Assembly (NCBI GenBank): GCA_965637545.1
Contig: OZ281500.1
Coordinates: 7,440,001-7,504,000 of the forward strand
Direction of reading: 5' to 3'
DNA length: 64,000 bases
Source of the DNA: Phallusia mammillata
Lineage: Eukaryota
Part shown: positions 58,401 to 64,000 of the stretch, piece after piece
Layout of the letters: every line of letters starts with the position of its first letter
Numbering within the stretch: the stretch's first letter is position 1
Translations under genes and position numbers: made by a program
Notes under the pieces: generated by a model
What the model was told of the DNA's origin: nothing
The model's database searches: none
Seen by the model: only the letters and a program-made list of their open reading frames with translations

Positions 58401-61400
58401 GTCGTGTAGTTTCAGCAGCAAGCGTTCAGCCTCGGTTTCTTCGGGCTCGCCTGTAACCCAACAAAATGTACAATAAACAAACTAAAAATGTTATTGACAG
58501 ATTTTACTTACAGCTAGATTGATGTTGAGTAATTTGACTTGCACACAAACTATTGTCAAAAGCACCCATATTAATTTACAAAATCTATTTTTACGTTTGG
58601 GTAATTTTGTTTTTGTTTTTGCAAAGTAAGAAAATGGCCTAATCGCATTTCATAAGAGTTGCGATGTAACGTGCATTTTAGAACATTCCTCGCGGCAAAG
58701 TTATAAAGCACGTAAAAACCGCAAAACTTCATTGCACGCAGTGAAAGTGAAACTGGCATTTGATTTGATTAATTAATCCAATGGGTGTTTTATGATTAAT
58801 AGCGTCATAAAAATAGGGTTTGGGACTGCGACTTCAGTAATCTTGTTTAACGGGCAACTCATATTCGGCGTAGAAATTTCTGGCCTACAAAATTTAGGAC
58901 CACCCAAAGCCTAGCTAACTGCGTTTATGCTCGAAACGAACAACTTTTTTGCTGGTTGTTGTACAAAAAATTTCTATACAATCGACTTAAACATAAAATT
59001 TACCATGGAAAATAAATTTTCCTGAAAAGCCAAGTTGGAAAGAAAAGCCAGGAATTGTTTCCCTTAATTCCTCTTGGAAATTTAGCAAAGCCTGTAAAAT
59101 AATTTTTGGCCACAGATTAAGTAAGTGATTAGTTAGCTAAATAACGTTGCAATGTCGAACAACATTTGACAAACCGTCACGTCGTCTGACGTCATACGAG
59201 TGCCCTTGACTCCCACAAACATATCGTCGATGTCAATTTGAACGTTTCGTTCCAGTGGTAATGCGAGACGGCCACGTGACAAGTAACTTATTGCATCCAA
59301 GAAAAGAACCCTTTTACGCAAAAAAACAAAAACTCAGTAATTTGGCTCTAATACACACACAATTTTCCACATTTCGTATTAGCTGATGAGTTAAAATCCC
59401 AACAGTTTTTTTTTAATTACCGGACACAAATCCATCCAAATGTTATACCTTCATTAGATCATTGCAAATAGTTTACAGCAGTGGTCGGCAACCCCCGTCA
59501 GCCCAGTGCCGACCCGCAAGGGGATGATAATCAAATTTAGGCGTTTTTATTGCTAAATATTTGTAGTTTTTTTAAAGGCCGATCCGCTATCAAATTTCAG
59601 GTTCAAAACCGGTCGGCAGTGCCAAAAAGGTTGCCGACCCCTGGTCTACAGCACATATGAGACGTAACAACAACACACCAAGTTTTTATTTTACTTTCAA
59701 AACTGTAATATTAAAAGTTTTTGCTCTTGAAAGAGTCAAATTACATACAAATCCCATAATGTACAACTACAAAATTCTTTGTGAGTTGTTTTATCCCATG
59801 TTTTTGCTTCTGCTTATCATTGACATTTAGCAGATGTTGCCACAACAAAATAAAATGGCGATGCTTGTACTGTATTGAAGCAGCCCATCTTTAACATTAA
59901 TTGTACATACTGATGCAGCCAAAATTTGAGTGCTTCTCCGAAAATAACGCGTTCCACTTGATCGTATTTTCCAAGATCTTGTACCACAGCTGGCAGTCTA
60001 TCGTCAGTGACACTCTAAAAATTATACATTTATGGTTTGTTGCACAATAAAAAACTGCAATTCTAAACAGAACAGTAATTTTACCTCTGATGGAAATAAA
60101 CCAAATAGGCTACTTTGTCTATTTACTGAAGGACTTTGTCGAAATGGTCTGAAATAAAGTAGAAAAAACAAAATAACAAACAAGAATACTATATGATAAA
60201 GAACATTGGGAAATGAATCATAAAAATCACCAATTTCACCAACCTTGCTTTATTTTTGTCCCATCTTAAATCCTGTCCAGTGTCATGAGCCTCATATGCT
60301 TGTGCAAGGCGAACAGTACTGACAGGTGTATAAGTGTTGTGCTCGAATTCAAAAACTGTCCAGTCATTGGGGAGCAAACCTGTAATCTAAAGTGAAAAAT
60401 GTTGCAATCGGAAACATAAAAAGAAATGCATTTTTATGATTTTTAAGTTCAAAGATTGGCATACATTATTTAGCATTCACTGATTACTTATAATTGTGAA
60501 ACAATGTAGTTTTAGCTCTGGAATAAAAATTTTTTGCTCATTTTAAGGTATCACAAGGCTATGTTATGTTACATGTTTATTTAACAAAGACTATTTCATG
60601 TCTATTTTGAAAAATTAAAAATTATCTTACAATTTCAGCAGGTCTGGCAATTCTTAGAATTCTGGCAGTTGCATTGAGTTCATAGTCTTTAACTTTGAGG
60701 TTGCTGGCATAATTCAAAGGAAAGTTTCCCAACTGAAAACATTGCAACTCTTGTTATGTCAGTAAATAAAAAGGCCAAACTTATAAACGAATTTGCAACT
60801 TTGCATCAAATAAACAGCTATTATCAAATAAAGCACAAAAATTGCCTGCCTATGTTACTACTGTACTTTAACAGCATTGTTTACAAAAGTGGTGCATAAG
60901 GTTAGTATTTCAATTCTACAACTTGTGTTTTAATGTTAAAAACCTTTTGTGTGAACTCCACATCGTGACTAACACTTGTTCTCTTGGGGTGAAGAAATGA
61001 GACAATGCCCACATTAAAATCTCGACAATACTTGTCCAACAAATCTCTATTCCATTGGTGCAATCCCGTATAGGAAAGCATATCCTCAAAAATAATAACC
61101 CCATATCGACCCTGCAAACCATAAAAACTGTCATTTCAAAAATATAAAAGAAGTTTATTCCAAATCCATTAATGGTATTTTACTCACCTTGTTGTCATCA
61201 ATTAATACTGGCAGATTTTTGATCTCTCCATTTTGTGTGTTAAATTTAAATCTTGCTGACTCCAACAAAACAACAATTTTTCGTCCCAGCTAAAAACAAA
61301 TAAGACCACTTTTGTACAAATATAAAAAAAACATTAAAAACTTCACCAAAATTTTGGAAAGATTGCCACAGCAAAAGGGATCAAAAGTTACAAAAAAGTA

Positions 61401-61927
61401 AACATACAATACATGCCTCACCTGTGTTTGAGGGGATTTTAAAAATAACAAAGCTTTTTGCCTTGTTTGGGTGTTTTCTGGGAACTTGACTGCTTGGTTT
61501 TCATTTCTATTCTGCAGAGCATTTTCACAAATTATGTCCACAATATGCGAAGTGATTAACTTTACTGCTTAATTTCTAAAGTTTAACGATCATTCATACT
61601 TTTTTTTATTTTTTTTATCAATTTTGCTGCTTATGTTTGTATCACAATTTCTGTTCAAGACTAATGTAAATTAGTTGAATTACTTGAACAAAACATATTT
61701 TTTTAAATTTTACGTATATCACATACCACTCTCCCAAGACTGCAGTCTGGTACAGGTTTAAAACTATGATGATCTTTGATGTGAAAAGATGTCGTCTCAC
61801 GATTTTGCCATTCAATAAACATGTAAAAAACACTAAATGTTGCCAAACTTGTCAACGTAAATACTATGTTCCGTGGACTAGCAATTTTTCTTACTTTCAT
61901 CCACATGTTACGTTTTATTGCTTGCAT
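52425..61927 (-). CDS. NDST: Bifunctional heparan sulfate N-deacetylase/N-sulfotransferase (~913 aa, 21 exons)
   Basis: Exons 61927-61727, 61511-61422, 61289-61188, 61111-60944, 60732-60631, 60386-60244, 60148-60085, 60014-59911, 59310-59175, 59091-59004, 58450-58296, 57647-57462, 56700-56572, 56401-56219, 55858-55762, 55574-55451, 54624-54456, 53753-53580, 53033-52924, 52793-52691, 52538-52425. Type II TM anchor, [42 protein letters not shown] (5'-PSB), FEKSATY, RAYSWYQH (3'-PB), KGFFC...CLGKSKGR. Confidence 0.95.
53247..53516. mobile_element. hAT MITE
   Basis: TIRs CAGTGGCGTAG / CTACGCCACTG; perfect TSD ctgtgtca. Confidence 0.9.
54056..54357. mobile_element. hAT MITE (Buster/Charlie-like)
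   Basis: TIRs CAGTGGTTCTCAACC / GGTTGAGAACCACTG; perfect TSD atatagac. Confidence 0.93.
54841..55261. mobile_element. hAT MITE (Buster/Charlie-like)
   Basis: TIRs CAGTGGTTCCCAAACT / AGTTTGGGAACCGCTG; perfect TSD gcctatag. Confidence 0.93.
57673..57931. mobile_element. hAT MITE
   Basis: TIRs CAGGGGTGGGCAACCT / AGGTTCCCCACCCCTG; perfect TSD atttaacg. Confidence 0.92.
59479..59643. mobile_element. hAT MITE, family A copy 2 (internally deleted)
   Basis: TIRs CAGTGGTCGGCAACC / GGTTGCCGACCCCTG; TSD gtttacag/gtctacag; 3' half homologous to the 6819 and 62707 copies. Confidence 0.88.
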
Positions 61928-62706
61928 TCTACAACAGAGAACACAAAACAATCGAATTTCCAACATTTTTTTATTCTCAACATGAAGAGAAAAATATATA
62001 AAACGACTTTCACTCTAACTCACTATATTGCTTGGCCCATTCATGTCAAATAAAAGATAAAAAAACGTGTGATGACTTTCAGTTTCTCACAATTACTGAC
62101 AATTTGGTTAAAACTTGTATTAGTACGTAAATAAATTATTGTTTTTCAGGAAGTGAATCTCATAACACCAACTAACTCACATTTCTAATTTACACTTGAC
62201 CCAACGTCTTGCTTCACTGCACACGAACTCCTTTTTCCAAATCGATTCATTTTACTTTCATGACGATGCCACAACAAGAATTCCCCAAATCAGAAAGTTA
62301 ACGTGCGAGGCTGCGAGTCAGACTTTTTAAATTAAAAAGTCGGTCTGGTACGATAAAAAGTCTGGGGATCACTGCTTTACTGTGATATACGCAAAAATTA
62401 AATAGGGTTTTCATCTTTTAATGATGTTGCGTAACATAAAACCTGGGATGTAGCGATAAAAAACTGCAGAGCCGTTAGTTCGACGTCTGTTGAGACGAAA
62501 CTCCTCAAACATATGCCACTTTGCCTGCATAACAAGTTTGCGTCCCTTCTAGCGCGATTATATTTGCTTTTTGCAAGTGTGAAGTGTGCTTGCCGCATGG
62601 TCTCAAAGTTGTTTTCACAATTTCACTGGTATCCTCCCGGGTACGTTTGTGAGCCCTTTTCCAAATTTGACGCATTAACAGTTGGATGACTAACGGTCCT
62701 TTAGTG

Positions 62707-62942
62707 CAGTGGTCGGTAATTGCCGGACTGCGGCCCGGTCCCGGTCCGCGACGAGTTCGTTGCCGGGCCGTATAATTTTTCAGGTTAAATGCTTTAAAAA
62801 CATTTTGCACATGTAACCAGGTGATGATAAACTAATTTATGCGTTTTCATTGCTAAATATTTGCAGTTTTTTGAAGGCCGGTCAGCGATAAAATTTCAGT
62901 TTGAAAAACGGTCCGCAGTAGAAAAAAGGTTGTCGACCCCTG
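62707..62942. mobile_element. hAT MITE, family A copy 3
   Basis: CAGTGGTCGGTAA ... GGTTGTCGACCCCTG; similar along its full length to 6819-7048. Confidence 0.85.
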
Positions 62943-63545
62943 CTTAGTGTTCGTACGCAACACGGCGTTTCGGAGTTTTTGGACTGCGTGATCTGTTAAA
63001 TTAAATACAGCATGCTTTTTATATGATGTGACGTGTTAATTATTTCCAAGATATAAAAAAAATAAGTAGGCTTTTAGGCACATGAATAACCACTTTGCGT
63101 TCTGTTGTGTCACATTTTGTAAAAAATTGATTTTGATGGTGCAAGATGATTTAAAGCGCCCCTGGTGGCTTATGTTAGTAGTCCATCATGTTTCATTTAC
63201 TGTTCTGGGTTTTTCTTTGCGTCGGGTAGTGATGCTCTTGTTTCAAAACTTTCCAGTTTTCTTGAGTTGCATAGAGAAGTCAGTCACATATGTTTAGTCA
63301 CCAGCTTATCAAACTGAGTGCAAATACAAACTTTGGCAAGATAAGCAAATCAGTTCAAGTATTTTCATTGTAAAATGTAGATAAAACAAGATAATGTAGG
63401 TATCCTTTGGTAGCATTAGTAATACTTTACTTGTGTATTTTTTACAGCTTGTAAAAGGTTCAAATTGAATAAGATAAAAACTGCTAAAAGAACAATTGTT
63501 TTTACAAGATTGGTATTGTTCCAAATTTGACATATTTTTCTAAGA

Positions 63546-64000
63546 ATGGTGGTCATTGAAAATGTTGAAGCATTAAAGATATGGCTTGTTAAGCAACTGT
63601 CTCCAGTGTAAGTATTTGACTTAATTTGTTCATTATTCCACAACAGACAACACCATCAAATAAGTCACTTATAGGAGTAAATAAATAAAAGACTTATGTT
63701 GATGAAACTAAACACCATACTTAACAAACATAGCTTTGCTGACAATAAACTCCACTGCAACAGGTCTGTGATATACATCTGATAATTGTGACATAAATGA
63801 CTTTAAAATTGATTTTGCACATTTAGCATTCTGAATTCTGCTTCAATATGGCAAAGAATATTGTGGCTTGCTTCTATTACTATGCTAGCCTCTTTTGTTT
63901 CTTGTATGAATAAAAAAATAGTGATTGTTTAATTAAAATGTAATCAACTAAATCTTACAGATGTGATGCTGATCCAAATGCCCTTGCAAAGTATGTAGTT
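63546..64000 (+). CDS. RBM26: RNA-binding protein 26/27 (PWI domain N-terminus), partial; runs off the window
   Basis: Exon 63546-63607 (MVVIENVEALKIWLVKQLSPV) splices to exon 63961-64000 (CDADPNALAKYVV), matching the RBM26/RBM27 N-terminus. The paralogue cannot be distinguished. Confidence 0.85.

Overview
Eukaryotic, intron-rich genomic DNA, most likely from an ascidian or other tunicate (inferred from short GT-AG introns, a chordate gene set with FN1 modules and CatSper, mosaic CpG depletion and many hAT MITEs). Bases 1-19,100 contain no protein gene I can support; they look like a CpG-retaining regulatory region upstream of a Pim-family kinase (19250-29693, 5 exons, ~975 aa) that has a ~620-aa disordered N-terminal extension. 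A compact cluster follows: an uncharacterised 334-aa gene with tRNA-Leu in an intron; CatSper3 (minus strand, 9 exons), whose introns hold an intronless MED24 and two inverted tRNA-Val genes flanking one in-frame exon; a secreted ~405-aa protein with an array of fibronectin type I modules resembling the N-terminus of vertebrate fibronectin; DNAJC12; NDST (21 exons); and the start of RBM26/27. The most interesting items are the stand-alone fibronectin-N-terminus-like FN1 protein and the nested CatSper3/tRNA/MED24 architecture. Exon structures were assembled by hand from splice signals and reading-frame continuity. Comparisons to human proteins are from memory, not from a database search.
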